Source of the DNA: Felis catus
Lineage: Eukaryota
Assembly (NCBI RefSeq): GCF_018350175.1
Contig: NC_058369.1
Location: forward strand, 25,670,001-25,734,000
Direction: 5' to 3'
DNA length: 64,000 bases
Shown: piece after piece, positions 49,050-64,000 of the stretch
Numbering within the stretch: the first letter of the stretch is position 1
How the letters are laid out: every line of letters begins with the position of its first letter
Made by a program: the position numbers and the translations under genes
The notes under the pieces: generated by a model
Database searches by the model: none
Seen by the model: only the letters and a program-made list of their open reading frames with translations
What the model was told of the DNA's origin: nothing

Positions 49050-52040
49050 AGTAGCAAGAATATTAGCTGGCAAGATATCACAAGAAAAGAAAACTACAGA
49101 CTGCTATCCCTCATGACTATAGATGTAAAAATCCTCAACAAAAATGTAAACAAATCAAATCTACCAACAGAAAAAAGGACTATATACCATAACCAAATGG
49201 GCTTTGTCCAAGGAATGTTAAGGTTGGTTTAACATCGAAAATGCAATTAATACGCCATATTAATAACGAACAAAAACCACATGACAATCTCCATAGATAC
49301 AGGAAAAGCATTTAACAAAGTTTAACACCAATTCATGATAACCATTCTCAACAAACTAGGAATTGAAAGGCACTTGTCAATCTAATGAATGACATCTATG
49401 AAAAACTACATCTAACATCATAATTAGACCTGTATGTTGAAAACTACAAAACCTTGCTGTGAGAAAAATTAAAGAAGACCTAAACAATGGAGAGATGTCC
49501 CAAGTCCTGGATTGGAAGACACACAAAAAAGCCCAAACTAACTGCAAATTAACATAATCCCTATCAAAATCCCAGCTAGCTGTCCGCAGAAACTGACAAA
49601 GTGATCCCAAAATTATACAGAAATGCAAAAGACCAAAGAATAGCCAAAACAACTTTGGATAAGAAGAACAAAATTAGAGGGGCACCTGGGTGGTTACGTT
49701 GGTTAAGCATCCAACTCTCTCTCTCAAAATAAATAAATAAATAAACTTTAAACAAACAAAAAAAGACTTATACTTCCTGATATCAAAACCTGCTATAAAA
49801 CTACAGTAGGGGCAACTGGGTGCTCAGTTGGTTAAACATCCAACTCTTGATTTCAGCTCAGGTCATGACCTTATGGTTCGTGGGATAGAGCCCTGCATTG
49901 GGCCTCTGACAGCACAGAGCCTGCTTGGGATTCTCTCTTTCCTTCTCTCTCCTTCTCTCTCTGCCCGACTTGTGCACACTTCCATATGCTTGCTCTCAAA
50001 ATAAATAAACATAAAAAAAAAAAACCTACAGTAATCAAGACACTGTATTAGTGTTGATTTTCCACAAAGGTACCAAGGCAATTCAATAGAAAAAAGACAG
50101 TCTTTAATAAATAGTGCTAGAGCAAATGAGTTGTCAACATGCACAAAAGATTATTTTGGACTCTTAACCCATATCATACACAAAGAATAACTAAAGTGGT
50201 TCATAGACTTAAATGTAGGTGGTAACATAATAAAACTTTTAGAAAAAAAACATAGAAAATCTTTGTGACCTTGGGTTGGGCAATGAGTTCTTAGACACAA
50301 CATCAAAAGGTCAATCCAGAAAAGAAAAAAACTGATAGGCTAGACTTCACCAAAATTAACACGTTTGTGGTTATCAGAGGTTAGGAGTAGGAGAAATGGA
50401 TGAAAGTGGTCAAAAGGTAGAAACTTCTACTTATAAGATAAATTAAGTATTGGGGATTCAGTGCATAACATGATGACTCTCATTAACACTATTGTATAGT
50501 ATATTTGAAAATTGTTAAGAGGGTAAATCCCAAGAGTTCTCATTACAAAAAAACAACATTGTTTTCCTTTTTTTTCTGGTATCTGTATGAAGTGATAGAT
50601 ATTAACTAAACTTATTGTGGTAATCATTTGACAATATATGTAAGTCAAGTCATTATGCTGTATACCCTAAACTTACACAGTGCTGTTTGTCAATTATATC
50701 TCAATAAAACTTGTGGGGAAAAACACTTTCACACTTCAAAGATACCATTAAGAAAACAAAAAAAAGAAGCCAAATACTGTGATAAAATATCTGTAAATCA
50801 TATATCTAAAAACAGACTTGTGTCCAAATTACATAAAGATCTCTACAACTAAATAAGATAAGTAACCTAATGAAAAATTGGCAAAAGATTTAAATCAACA
50901 TTTCAGGGGCGCCTGGGTGGCTCAGTCGGTTAAGCATCCGACTTTGGCTCAGGTCATGATCTCGCGGTTCGTGAGTTCAAGCCCCGTGTTGGGCTCTGTG
51001 CTGATGGCTCAGAGCCTGGAGCCTGTTTCGGATTCTGTGTCTCCCTCTCTCTCTGACCCTCCCCCGTTCATGCTCTGTCTCTCTCTGTCTCAAAAAAAAT
51101 AAATAAATAAAGGTTAAAAAAAATTTTTTTTTAAATCAACATTTCATCCAAGAAGATATATGAACGACTAATAAGTAGATGAAAAGATGCTCAGCGCGAC
51201 TGGGTGGCTTAGTCAGTTAAGCATCTGACTCTTGATCTTGGGCCAGGTCGTGATCTCATAGTTCATGAGATTGAACCTCATGTGGGGCCCTGTGCTAGTG
51301 ATGTGGAGCCTGCTTGGAATTTACTCTCCCTCTCTCTCTCTCCCTACCCCACTCGTGCTGTCTCTTTCTCAAAATAAATAAACTTAAAAAAAAATTAAAA
51401 AAAATAAAAAGATGCTCAACATCAATTATTCACGAGGGCAAAGCAAATGAAAACCACCATTTTCAAACCCACTAAATGGTTATATTAAAAAAAGACAGTA
51501 TCAACTCCTGGGAGGGATATGAAGAAATAGGAACCCTCATACACTGTTGGTGAGAATGTAAAATAAGGGGCACCTGGCTGGCTTAGAAGAGTCTGTGACT
51601 CTTGATCTTGGGGTTGTGGGTTCAAGGCCACGCTGTGGGTAGAGAGTACTGTGCTAAGCGAAATAAGTCAGTCAGAGAAAGACAAATACCATATGATTTC
51701 ATTCATATGTGGACTTTAAGAAACAAAACAAATGAGCACAGGGAAAAAAGAGAGAGAGGCAAACCAACAAACGGACTCTTAACTATAGAGAACATACCGA
51801 TGGTACGCGAGGGGAGGTGGGTTGGGGAATGAGTGAAATAGGTGGTGGGGATTAAAGAGTACACTTGTGATGAGCACCAGGTGTTGGTGTTGAATCATGA
51901 TATTGTACACCCAAAACTAATAGTACACTGAACATTAACTGGAACTTAAAAACAAATAAATAAACTTAAAAAAAATTTTCTTAATGTAAAATGGTGGGCC
52001 ACTTTGGAAAACACTTTGGCAGTGTCTTAAAAAGTTAAAC
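49050..52040 (+). mobile_element. Fragmented old L1 ORF2/3' remnants with several nested SINEs and L1 3' ends
   Basis: RT-like remnants (ENYRLLSLMTIDVKILNK, HNQMGFVQG); L1 3' ends at ~50365-50715 and ~51646-51975. Confidence 0.8.
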
Positions 52041-52923
52041 AGGCATTATCAATTCACGCTACTTTACCAATGATTTTATGCAAAAGTTCCTCTACTTAAA
52101 GCCCCAACAAAGAGACTTTTTCATTGGAAAAAGACAAGAAACAGTAGTCAACAATATTACAGTTAATCAAATAGTCTAGATTAATAGGACAAAACCATGA
52201 AAATAAATATCAATATTAAATTAAGATTTTAAAAAACTCTGTATCTTCTCAAAGTTAAGACTCCGGTGACTGCTGTGTTCTAAATTATCATTAAATCAGA
52301 GAGGACACCAGTGAAATGGCAGGTGACTATGACATTTACAGAGTGCCATGAGTCAGGAACTGTTTAATCTCTCAGCAAACAAAGAATTTGAGGCTTAAAT
52401 AGTCTGTTCTGCCTAAGAACACTAAGATCTGACTGCCAAGGTAAAGCTATTTACTCTTTCCTCTATTTCTTAAGGCTTCTAAGGATTTCAGTATAAGACT
52501 AATATTTGTAAATAGTATGATTTGAACTGTTATTGCTTGAGTCTAACATATCTATTTAGATTTAGGTATATCCCCAAAGGCACAGTTCATAAAATAATAT
52601 TATTAAACAATAGTTCAAATATACCTGTGTAGGGGCACCTGGTGGCTCAGTGGGTTAAGAGGCTGACTCTTGATCTCTGCTCAGGTCATGATCTCACAGT
52701 TAGTGGGATCAGAGCCCTGCGTCGGGCTCCATGCTGACAGTGCAGAGCCTGCTTGAGATTCTCTCTCTCTCCTTTCTCTCTCTGGCCCTCTGTTCTCTCT
52801 TGCTCTCTCTCTCTCAAAATAAATACATAAACTTAAAAAATTAAAAAAAAAACACACACCTGTGTATACCAAAAGAAGTCTTTAAAAGTAACACATCATA
52901 ACATTATTTAAAAATATTTTCAG

Positions 52924-55082
<2,159 letters not shown>

Positions 55083-55689
55083 AGAGACCCAGCTCTCTAC
55101 TATCAACTCAACATTGGCAATGTAGGTCCAGCTTACACCCTTCCAATAAATTAACACTGTTCCTTTAAAAAATAATAATAATAAAATAAATACAGTTACT
55201 AAATTGTTACCATTAGCAAAATACTATATATCTTTTCCTCAAGGAAGGCACCTTTGACCACTTCCTTAATTAGTACCAGTGCCACAGAAATTGTATAATA
55301 CTGGTTTTGAAACCTAGCAGAGAATTTTGTGCCAAGTTGAATAATTCAAGCTTCTACAAGGTTTTATTCCAACAGTATTGGAAATCCCCGTTTAATTGGG
55401 TTTACATGTATACAAAAAGTAGCTCAAATTTTTAAGGTTTCATTTTGTTATAATTCATTCCACGTTTATAACACTAGAAGTACATTTGTTAATAGGAGAA
55501 CATGATGGGTTACATAATTTTAGTGGGAAGTTACTATGCTCTTCTCTTAAGGCCTTTATGCAGTCTGCCTCCAAAAAGGTTACCATAAACATAATTAAAA
55601 AGTAATCAAGAGCTTATAAACAAAGGGGAAAAATTATCCTGCTTAGCCACATTACATAGTAAAAACAGAACACTGAGTTTATACTTTAC

Positions 55690-55784
55690 CTGCAGGTTTA
55701 AGGTCTCCTATTCGAATAATGTGTGGCCAATGCTGGAGTGTTTTTGCAAAAAAAGGGTTGGTTACTCCTAATATGACTGAGGGC
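55690..55784 (-). CDS. DENND6A: DENND6A exon ([31 protein letters not shown])
   Basis: 95 nt, tag/gtaaag; conserved LGVTNPFF motif. Confidence 0.94.
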
Positions 55785-55889
55785 CTACATAAAAACAAAA
55801 CAGAAACAAAGTGAGAAAAAGACAAATGCTCCATCAGTGAAGAATATTTATAATTTCTTTAGATTGAACAACAGATTATCTTTTCCTTC

Positions 55890-57170
55890 ACTCCATGCAT
55901 TACATAACAACTAGATGCCAGGCACCATGTTTAGCCCTAGACAAGTAAAGATGGAAAGACATGGTCTTCCTAAAAGCATACAGGAAGAAACGTATGCATA
56001 CCCCATCACAATGCCACAGATTAGAAAATGGTGATGGGGGTATCAAACATACAATAATTACAAAGGAGAAACTGTATCTATCAAGAGGATTAAAAGACAG
56101 CTTCACTAAAGAGATGACATTTGCACAAAGATATGAAAGATGCACAGAAGTTCTTTCCCAAATGGATAAGGGAGGTAAAGGTGATGCAGGAGAATAACTA
56201 ATATGTGCAAAGCAATGAAATGAGATGGTGGGGTGCCTGAAGAACTACAAATAGCTCAGTATTTCTACAGCACAAAGCAAGAATGATGAGTGAGTTAGAA
56301 ATGAAGGTAGATGGCTGGATGCTGGCCAGATTATTAAGTACCAAGTTAATATGCTAAGAAGTTTAGAAATCTTGTAGGCAAACAAAAGCTAATAGAGAAC
56401 CAAGCGGAAGGATGCCACATGAATGAAAATGTAGGAAGATCACTCTAGGAAATCTGGAAGGTGTCCTACAAAGACGGTAAGAGATTTAGGAAAAGCAACA
56501 GCAGACATGACAAAGACTGGAGACAGTTAGGCTGAGAATAGACTTTTGGAAGAAGATAACAAATGTTATTATGAGAGATATTTTATGGTGTTAAATTGAC
56601 AGAATTTGGCAAAATTTGATGTGGGACATATAAAGAAGGAGAAATTTATGACAATTTTACCATTCATGAAAATAGGAAGGAGCATGGGTTTAGGGAAGAA
56701 AACAAGAAGACAGAAAGAATTCAGTTTGTACATGTTTAGTTTCAGTTGCCATTAATATACCTAGGTGGTAAAGTGATAAAAAACAACAACAAAACCCTGG
56801 ACATATAGGTCTGCACCTTGCAAAGATCTGGGCTAGGCATATAAATTTCAGTCATTGGTATACAGGTGTTAACAGAGTCTGTGGGTAGAGATAAGATAGC
56901 TCAGAAAGAATCATCAGTGTGAAATCAGATCCCAGAACACAGTGCTGGAGAACACCAACACTTAAGGTGCTGGCAGAGACAGAGACATCTGCACAGGGGA
57001 CTGAGATGCACCACCAGGCAGACAGGTGAGAGTGGTGTCAAAGATTAAAATGCTTTCAAGTTCAACAGCTTAAATGTTATTAAGAAAGGGAAGGCAGGGA
57101 AAATAGGACAATAATGTGCGCACAGGGCTGGGCAGTGAGAGGGTCTTGATGACTCTGACTTTAGTGGAAG
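55890..57170 (-). mobile_element. L2 remnant
   Basis: Purine-rich degenerate L2-like text (gatgccaggcacc, gaagatcactct, gaattcagtttgtacatgtttagttt). Confidence 0.6.
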
Positions 57171-57898
57171 TGGAGAAATCAACCTGTGGGTGCCTGGGTG
57201 GTTCAGTCAGTTAAGTGTCTGACTCCTTGTATTGGCTCAAGTCATAATCTCACAGTTGTGAGATCGAGCCCCACATTTGGCTCCACACTGACAGCACAGA
57301 GCCTGCTTGGGATTCTTTCTCTCTCCCTCTCTCTCTGTCCCTCTCCCACTCACACAAGCATGTACACTCTCTCTCAAAGTAAATACATAAACTTGAAAAA
57401 TAAAAAAGAAATCAACCTGCAATGGACTGAGAAGCAACCAGAAAGCCAAGAAGTAGAGACAGTACGTGGAGATTTCTTGTTGTTGTTGTTATTCTAGAAA
57501 TTTCACTATGAAAAGAAGGTAAGCAATAGAGCAGGAGCTAAGGGGGAAAGGGTAAGATAATTTTTTCCCTTTAATATATTGGGAAGAATTTTGATGTTTC
57601 CATGCCAATTCAACAAAGAAGAAGGAAAAGGAAGTTACAGAGCAACAAGAGATAACAGAAGGCAAGAAAACAGAACTCAAAGTATAATCAGATGGCTATT
57701 GATGACAATACATCCTCCACTAATAAATAAAGTCATTGAAAAGAAAACAAGTTTGACACTTGACATGTAGAAGTATTACAAGCAGTTCCTCAAACCTTCC
57801 TTTACCAAATCAAGATGCCAATAAGTTCAAAATTTAATTTTACATAATTTGGTTATATAGGAAATACTTGGTCAATAAAAATTATTTTGTTTACTCAC

Positions 57899-57994
57899 GG
57901 GGCTTGAGTACGAGTAGTATATTCTTTGAATTCGCTATCATGAATAGTGAAGTAAGGTCGGAAGTCACTGAAGTACTTTAATGGAGAAATACAG
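57899..57994 (-). CDS. DENND6A: DENND6A exon ([32 protein letters not shown])
   Basis: 96 nt, cag/gtgagt; phase 2-2, consistent with neighbours; [10 protein letters not shown] motif. Confidence 0.94.
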
Positions 57995-58520
57995 CTGTGG
58001 AGGAAAGAAGAACATTTTAAACAAAGGACACAGAAATTAAAGGCCCTACTCAATAACTATAAAACATCAATAACACACAGTATACCCACATGGGATTACT
58101 TATTTCAGTAAACAGCAAACTTATTTCAGGAAATCAGAAAGACAAATGGAAATACATAATAATATGAAATGGAGTATTAAAAGAACACGGGACTTGGGGC
58201 AGAAGATGGGTTGAAATTCTGGCATTACCATTCCCTAGTTACATGTCTTTTACTAGACACTGACCATTCATGCAAAGTTGTCAGGTACCAACTTTGCATA
58301 AGTGAATGAATGTTTCTTGTTCAATCAATCAAAGCAAAAAAACCCCCCATGGTTCCAGCCCTCCTGGAGCATGAATTACTTATCTCATCCATGAAACGGG
58401 GCTATAATGAGCACCCTTCTTATAAGAGAGGTGTTGTCTGGATCAGTGCAATGAGTGTGCAAACATAACACAGATGGAAAAATGCTGCAACTATGACCAT
58501 CAGGAACCAAATATACTCAC

Positions 58521-58643
58521 TTCACAAGTGCCAATACAGTCTCTGACGACTCTGATGGTGACGGTGCCATGACCACGAGGGGCTCCCCCAACAGGACCAG
58601 CTCCCAAAGCATCTGACTATGAAGGAAAACTGGGCAGAAACAC
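58521..58643 (-). CDS. DENND6A: DENND6A internal coding exon ([40 protein letters not shown])
   Basis: 123 nt, ag/gtgagt boundaries; open frame recognisable as DENND6/FAM116 DENN core. Upstream exons lie right of the window. Confidence 0.93.
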
Positions 58644-58796
58644 CTAAAAGGTGTTTATATGGTAGAAGTATTATTTTCCAACCCTGTTTTTTAAGTTCTT
58701 AGATAATCATTCTAAAAACTTCATACTGATATAAATTCTTCCAGCTATTTGTACCTTGTTGTGACATACAAATTCATTTAGAATACGGTGATGCAT

Positions 58797-59602
58797 AAGT
58801 CTCTTTAGTCCACATTAAAAAACATATCAATTTGACTCATTCCAAGTTTTAGAAAATGAAATGTGATATATTGACACAGAATGGCTGACAAATAATAAAA
58901 GCACATAAAATAATTATTAAATTATACCATATGGTAGATTTATTTCGTCATTATTGCTTTCTTACATTTGAATTTCTGTTGTAAAATTTTGAAGAAAACA
59001 AGAAAAATCAATTTTCCAAAGGATATTTATTGGATGTAATTAATTTAAGAGCCAAGGCATTCAATGTTAAAAAATGATGGAAACAAATCACAAGGGGGAG
59101 TTCGAAGGCCAAACAACAGAAGGATTTCCTGGGCAGATCCTTCCCTTACAGAAATGCTGCAGATTTTTATAGTAGCCCTGGAACTAGATGGAAGCCTATC
59201 AGAACAGAGCTCTGGCACACTACTTAGCCTCGGACATTTGGTAACTTTTACTTATTTAGTAATTTCTTCCATTAGGGTAACAACTTTTCCTACTAGATTG
59301 GAGGAAAAAATACTTATCTATTTATAAAAATCATAATCAATCTACCCAGTTAAAAACATATATACACACAAGAAACAAAGAAAGGCAGAAAGTCTCTTTT
59401 GTCCACATTAAAAACCATATCAATTTGACTGATTCCAATTTTTAGAAAATGAAATGCAACATATTGACACAGAATGACTGACAAATAATAAAAGCATATA
59501 AAGTAATTATTAAATTGTACCATATGGTAGACCTATTTCATTAATATTGCTTTCTTGCATCTGAATTTCTAGTGTAAATATTTTGAAGAAAACAAGAAAA
59601 AT
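58797..59602 (+). repeat. Direct repeat of about 212 bp (58797-59008 and 59390-59602)
   Basis: Manual alignment: 20 substitutions and 1 indel (about 90% identity). Confidence 0.95.
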
Positions 59603-60684
59603 TAAACAAGAAGGAAAGAAAGAAAAAGAAAAAAGCTTACATGCAAAAATATAAAACAGATTTGTGGAATGGAAATTAGGGAAATTTAGTTTTAACTATT
59701 CAAAGGCAAGAATACAAATGTGAAGGAAGTGCAAAAACACCCAAAGCAAAATAATAAACAGTTCAGGGATAAGACAAACGAGCTCTTCTTCCTCTTCCTT
59801 TCCTAAACAATTCAATCCTAAAACAGAACATGGTGCATGGTAGGCATCTCTGCCAGGAGAGAAAGGAAGACATGATGGCTCAGAGCAGGGTGTGAGGGCT
59901 TATGTGAGATAAGGGAGACGTTCACATGGAGAACGTGACTTGCTGTGGGGCTGCTGGAACCCAAACGTGGTGAGGAAGGTGTACATGTGTGAAGGTGATC
60001 TGGTTTGAGATGACAGGCCAAGAAGTGTGAGGGGCCTGGAGGGGCAGCCTGGTATGAAGTGTCAGAGCCAGAGTGTGTTGAAGTTGTCCACGGTGGAATG
60101 TAAAAGCAGGGGGAATAGGGTGTGTGCATGGAGAGGTGGTCTGGGATGAGGTATAGGAGCACTGTAGGGTAAGGAGGGCTTTCCTCTGGGGGTTGGCCTA
60201 ACATCGGGAGCCAGAGCACAAGCAACCATATGGATAGGGGGCCTAAATGCGCAATACAGAAGCCTAACTGGGGTAGGAGCATAACCACGTGGGGGGAATC
60301 TGGCATGGAGCACAGCCTGAGAAGGTTGAGGAAGGGTATCTATGAAGGGCAGGTGGGTGTGGAGTGTCAGAGCCCAAGTTGGGTAAGAAAGTCATCTGCA
60401 CGGAGGAGAGGGTTTAAGCAGCGATGAGATACTGGTTACTAACAAGGACTGATCAAATAAGTAAATAAATTAAGAATAATAGGAGGTAGTTCCTCAGAAA
60501 GGGAAAAGAAATACCAATATAGAAAGAAAACTAGAGTGAACCTTGTCTTGTAGGATTGGAATTGGGGGTACTGGTGTGACTTTAGGGTTTTCAATAAATA
60601 CAGATATAGAAATACATATGCAAAAATGTATACGTATTATATATGAGTAGGTACATATGCATCCCTTTACAAATATATATGTAT

Positions 60685-60693
<9 letters not shown>

Positions 60694-60736
<43 letters not shown>
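60694..60736. repeat. (TA)n microsatellite
   Basis: Direct reading. Confidence 0.95.
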
Positions 60737-60740
<4 letters not shown>

Positions 60741-61607
60741 ACTCCCTAGCTCTGTCCACTGAGAGGGCCTAAAATCAGTGATATTCCAATAGCAATGAGC
60801 TCAACCAGTACCCAGATTTTGGCTTCTGAATCCTATTCTCCACTAAAAAAAGTCAAGGCTTTTTGAAGAAATGGGTGATTCCAGGGCTAAGGAAGAAAAA
60901 ATACAAGAAAATCTTGGCACCCAAGAAAACATAGGTCCACGCAAAAGCTTATATACAAATGTTCGTAGTAGCATTATATGTAACAGTCAAAAAGTAGAAA
61001 CCATCCAAATATCCTTCAGTGAATTAATGGATAAATAAAATGTGGTATCCACACAACAGAACATCATAAAGTGAATCAAATAATGATTCAGGCTACTGCA
61101 CGGATAAACCATGGAAATGATTTGCTAAGTGTAAGCAGACACAAAAAGCCACGTATTTTAGGATTCTATTTATATGGTATGCCCCAAAGAGGCAAATCGA
61201 TGGATGGAGATAGAAAGTAGATTAGTGGTTCCCAAAGGCTGGTAGAGGAGAGAGAATGGGGAATAACTGCCACTGGGTACAGGGTTACTTTTTGAAGTGA
61301 TGAAAATGTTCTAGAACTAGATAGCAGTAATGATTGCACAACTTTGTGAAATACAGTAAAAACCAGTGAATTGTATATTTTAAAAGAGCAAATACTATGG
61401 CATATGAATTATATATCTTTTTTTAATTAAAAAAAAAGATAAGCTTGGCACATTTTATACTAGAAAGCAAGGAAGTGTTTCAGGGTGCCTAAGTAGCTCA
61501 GTCAGTTAAGTGTCCAGCTCTTTGTTTTGGCTCCGGTCACGGTCTCCTGGTTCATGAATTTGAGCCTACATCAGGCTCTGTGCTGACAGTGCAGAGCCTG
61601 CTTAGGA

Positions 61608-61658
<51 letters not shown>

Positions 61659-61914
61659 CTCACCCACCCCCACTCGTGCTCTCTCTCTCTCTCAAAAATA
61701 AATGAATAGACTTTAAAAAAAACAAAAAGGAAGGAAATGCTTAAAGAATGACAAGGATATGTAAAAAACCAAAACAAAACAAAACAGAGGCCAACTTGAA
61801 GACAAGTGTCACTGGCCAAATTGGGGACAACTGGAACACCAAATGAAAATAATGGATTTTAATAACCTATTGAATAAAACAGAAAAAAAACAACAGCCCA
61901 TAAAATATACACAA

Positions 61915-62680
61915 TGTAATGATTTAAAATATTTCTACAAATTCTTTGACACTCCTTTTAAAACATGGAAGCCTAGCGGCTCAGTTGGTTAAGTGGTTAA
62001 GCATCCAACTTCAGCTCAGGTCATGATCTTGCAGTTCATGGGTTAGAGCCCTGTGTTGGGTTCTGAGCTGACACCTCAGGGCCTGGAGCCTACTTTGGAT
62101 TCTGTGTCTCCCTCTCTTTCTGCCCCTCCCCCAACCCTACTCTGTCTCCCTCCCCACCCCCCTCAAAAATAAACATTTAAAAAACAACAACAACAAAAAA
62201 CCATGGGAGCCCAATCCTCCCCCTCTTAGCTGTGGGCTACGTTATTGGTTTACATGTAACAAACAGAGTAAGGTAGAGCAACAATGTGCAATTTTGAAGG
62301 TTGGGTCATAAAAGACATTTTGGCTTCTGCCTTGTCTCAGATCACCTGCCCAATACTGTGAGAACATTCAACTTGCCCTATGGGCCAGTCCACATGGCTA
62401 GAAATGAGGCTACTGCTAAAATCCACAAGAAATGGTGACCTCCAGCCAGCAGCCAAGTAAGCCTTTTAGAGAAACAGATACTCATGCCCCATTTGTCCAA
62501 ATGACTAAAACCCTAGCTGGTATCTTGACTGCAACTTCATAAGAGATTTAGAGCTAGAACCATCTAGCTAAGCCATTCCCAGATTCCTAACCCTCAGAAA
62601 GTGTGTGAGGTACTATTTGTTCTCTCAAGCCTCTAAATATTGGGGTAATTTATTACACAGCAATAAATAACTCATATACA
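61915..62680 (+). mobile_element. MLT1-type (ERVL-MaLR) solo LTR interrupted by a SINE
   Basis: TG...CA ends; ttgactgcaacttcataagaga, ctaagccattcccagattcct and ttggggtaatttattacacagcaataaataact are MLT1-like. Confidence 0.8.
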
Positions 62681-63255
62681 TAGTTTCAAAGTGCCTCCCC
62701 ACAAAATACTTATTCACAAAAAGAAAACGAGTAACTACCAATCAAGAAGCTTGGAGAATACCACAAAGTAAACGTCACCAGTAATAACGCAAGCTACCTC
62801 CATGTCAAACATGCAGAGCTTGAATCTAATTTTGAGTAAATCCCAGACAGACCTAAACTCAGAGATTTCCTGCAAAATAACTGTCTTGTAACCACAAGAA
62901 GCTTAGGTGTATGAAAAGAAGACTTGAAGATCTATTCCAGACTGAAAGAGAGACAGAAGAGACAGGACAAGGAAATGCAACAGAAAATTCTGAACTAGTA
63001 TTGTGACAACTGGTGACATCTGAATTAAATAATATTATCAATGTTAACTTCCCAATTTTGATGGCTGCATTATATCCTTATTTGTACGAAATAGACTCTA
63101 AAGTATTCAGAGATGATGGGAACATCAGGTCTTCAAATGACTATCCACTGGTTCAAGGAAAAAAGTTTTCTATATTATACTTACTACTTTTCTGTAAATT
63201 TATGATTGTTTCAACTATCTATATGCATGTATACACATATACATTTGCAAATATA

Positions 63256-63258
<3 letters not shown>

Positions 63259-63297
<39 letters not shown>
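63259..63297. repeat. (AT)n microsatellite
   Basis: Direct reading. Confidence 0.95.
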
Positions 63298-63302
<5 letters not shown>

Positions 63303-64000
63303 GAAACAATCACAAATTTACAGAAAAGTGGCAAGTGTGTGTATGTGGGTAAGTATACATTTAATAGTGGGATGCCCTTAAGGCATTAAAGCTGGAAATT
63401 ATGTTTTCTCACAAGTATTGTAATATATTCTCAGTAAGGGCAAAAACAGACAGCAAGTACAGTTATAAGATGAAGCATTCTATGAAATTATAGTACACTA
63501 GAAATATCTGTTATATAAAGTACTTTTATTAGGGGAGATAAGTATTAAATATTCAAGGAAGAAACCTATCTCCAGCTCGAACTTTAATAAATATTGATGG
63601 TATGTGTCTAATTAACTGCAGTGTAAAATTACTAAAATGAGAGTTCTGTAGGAAAATCATAGGATATTTTTTCAGTATTATTTTTATATCTCCACTCTGG
63701 AGTGGCACGCTTTATGCTAAGCTCTACTGCTCCCCACCCCTGCCAAAAGCCATCCTCTGGCAAAAATGAGAAGCTTACTCCAAATAGATAAATAAATGAA
63801 TAAACAGATACATACATAAATAACTAGATAAATAAAGGTTTCAACCCTTTTCAGAAAGATATACCATGTTATTATAATCTTGAAAATTAAACTGACATCA
63901 AAGAGCATCAGACACATCAGATTTTATGTAGTAATAGTAATAGACTTTTACACTCTTTGAAACACAAAAACACTCATAATTGTTATCTATCCTGCCAGTG

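Larger units (their letters stand above)
59820..63220 (+). mobile_element. Old L1 3'UTR (L1MD/MC-like) with nested L1MB 3' end, SINEs and MaLR LTR
   Basis: G-rich gtgtcagagcc-type units and ctagctctgtccactgagagggcct. Nested L1 3' end at ~60915-61435. Subfamily is uncertain. Confidence 0.65.

Noticed and set aside
59818..60430. 162-aa ORF and degenerate G-rich ~60-bp periodicity
   Set aside because: Contiguous with old L1MD/MC-like 3'UTR sequence; no splice or domain support. Not a CRISPR-like array because the units are degenerate and there are no constant repeats with unique spacers.

Overview
Mammalian genomic DNA, almost certainly felid: it is dense in tRNA-derived Can-SINEs, including young SINEC_Fc-type copies, plus carnivore L1. 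Two protein-coding genes lie on the minus strand. The first is the last 11 coding exons and 3'UTR of DENND6A (58643 down to about 33950). The second is the CpG-island promoter and coding exons 1-3 of ARF4 (13347 down to 3427); the rest of ARF4 lies left of the window. Every exon was read by hand, and all have GT-AG boundaries and consistent phases. The roughly 20 kb intergenic gap contains an old, nearly full-length L1. Nested into it are a younger full-length, inactivated L1 with an exact 13-bp TSD, an ATP5MC2 processed pseudogene and many SINEs. No new biological system can be established from sequence alone, and most short ORFs in the track are repeat-derived. The best lead is a 55-nt cryptic exon in ARF4 intron 1 (11138-11192) with recursive-splice-site/poison-exon architecture. 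Other leads are two SINE/L1 chimeric insertions, a possible L1 3' transduction, a 212-bp and a 90-bp (CTCF-like motif) local duplication in DENND6A introns, and inverted SINE pairs flanking exon blocks. Repeat coordinates and subfamily names are by-eye estimates.
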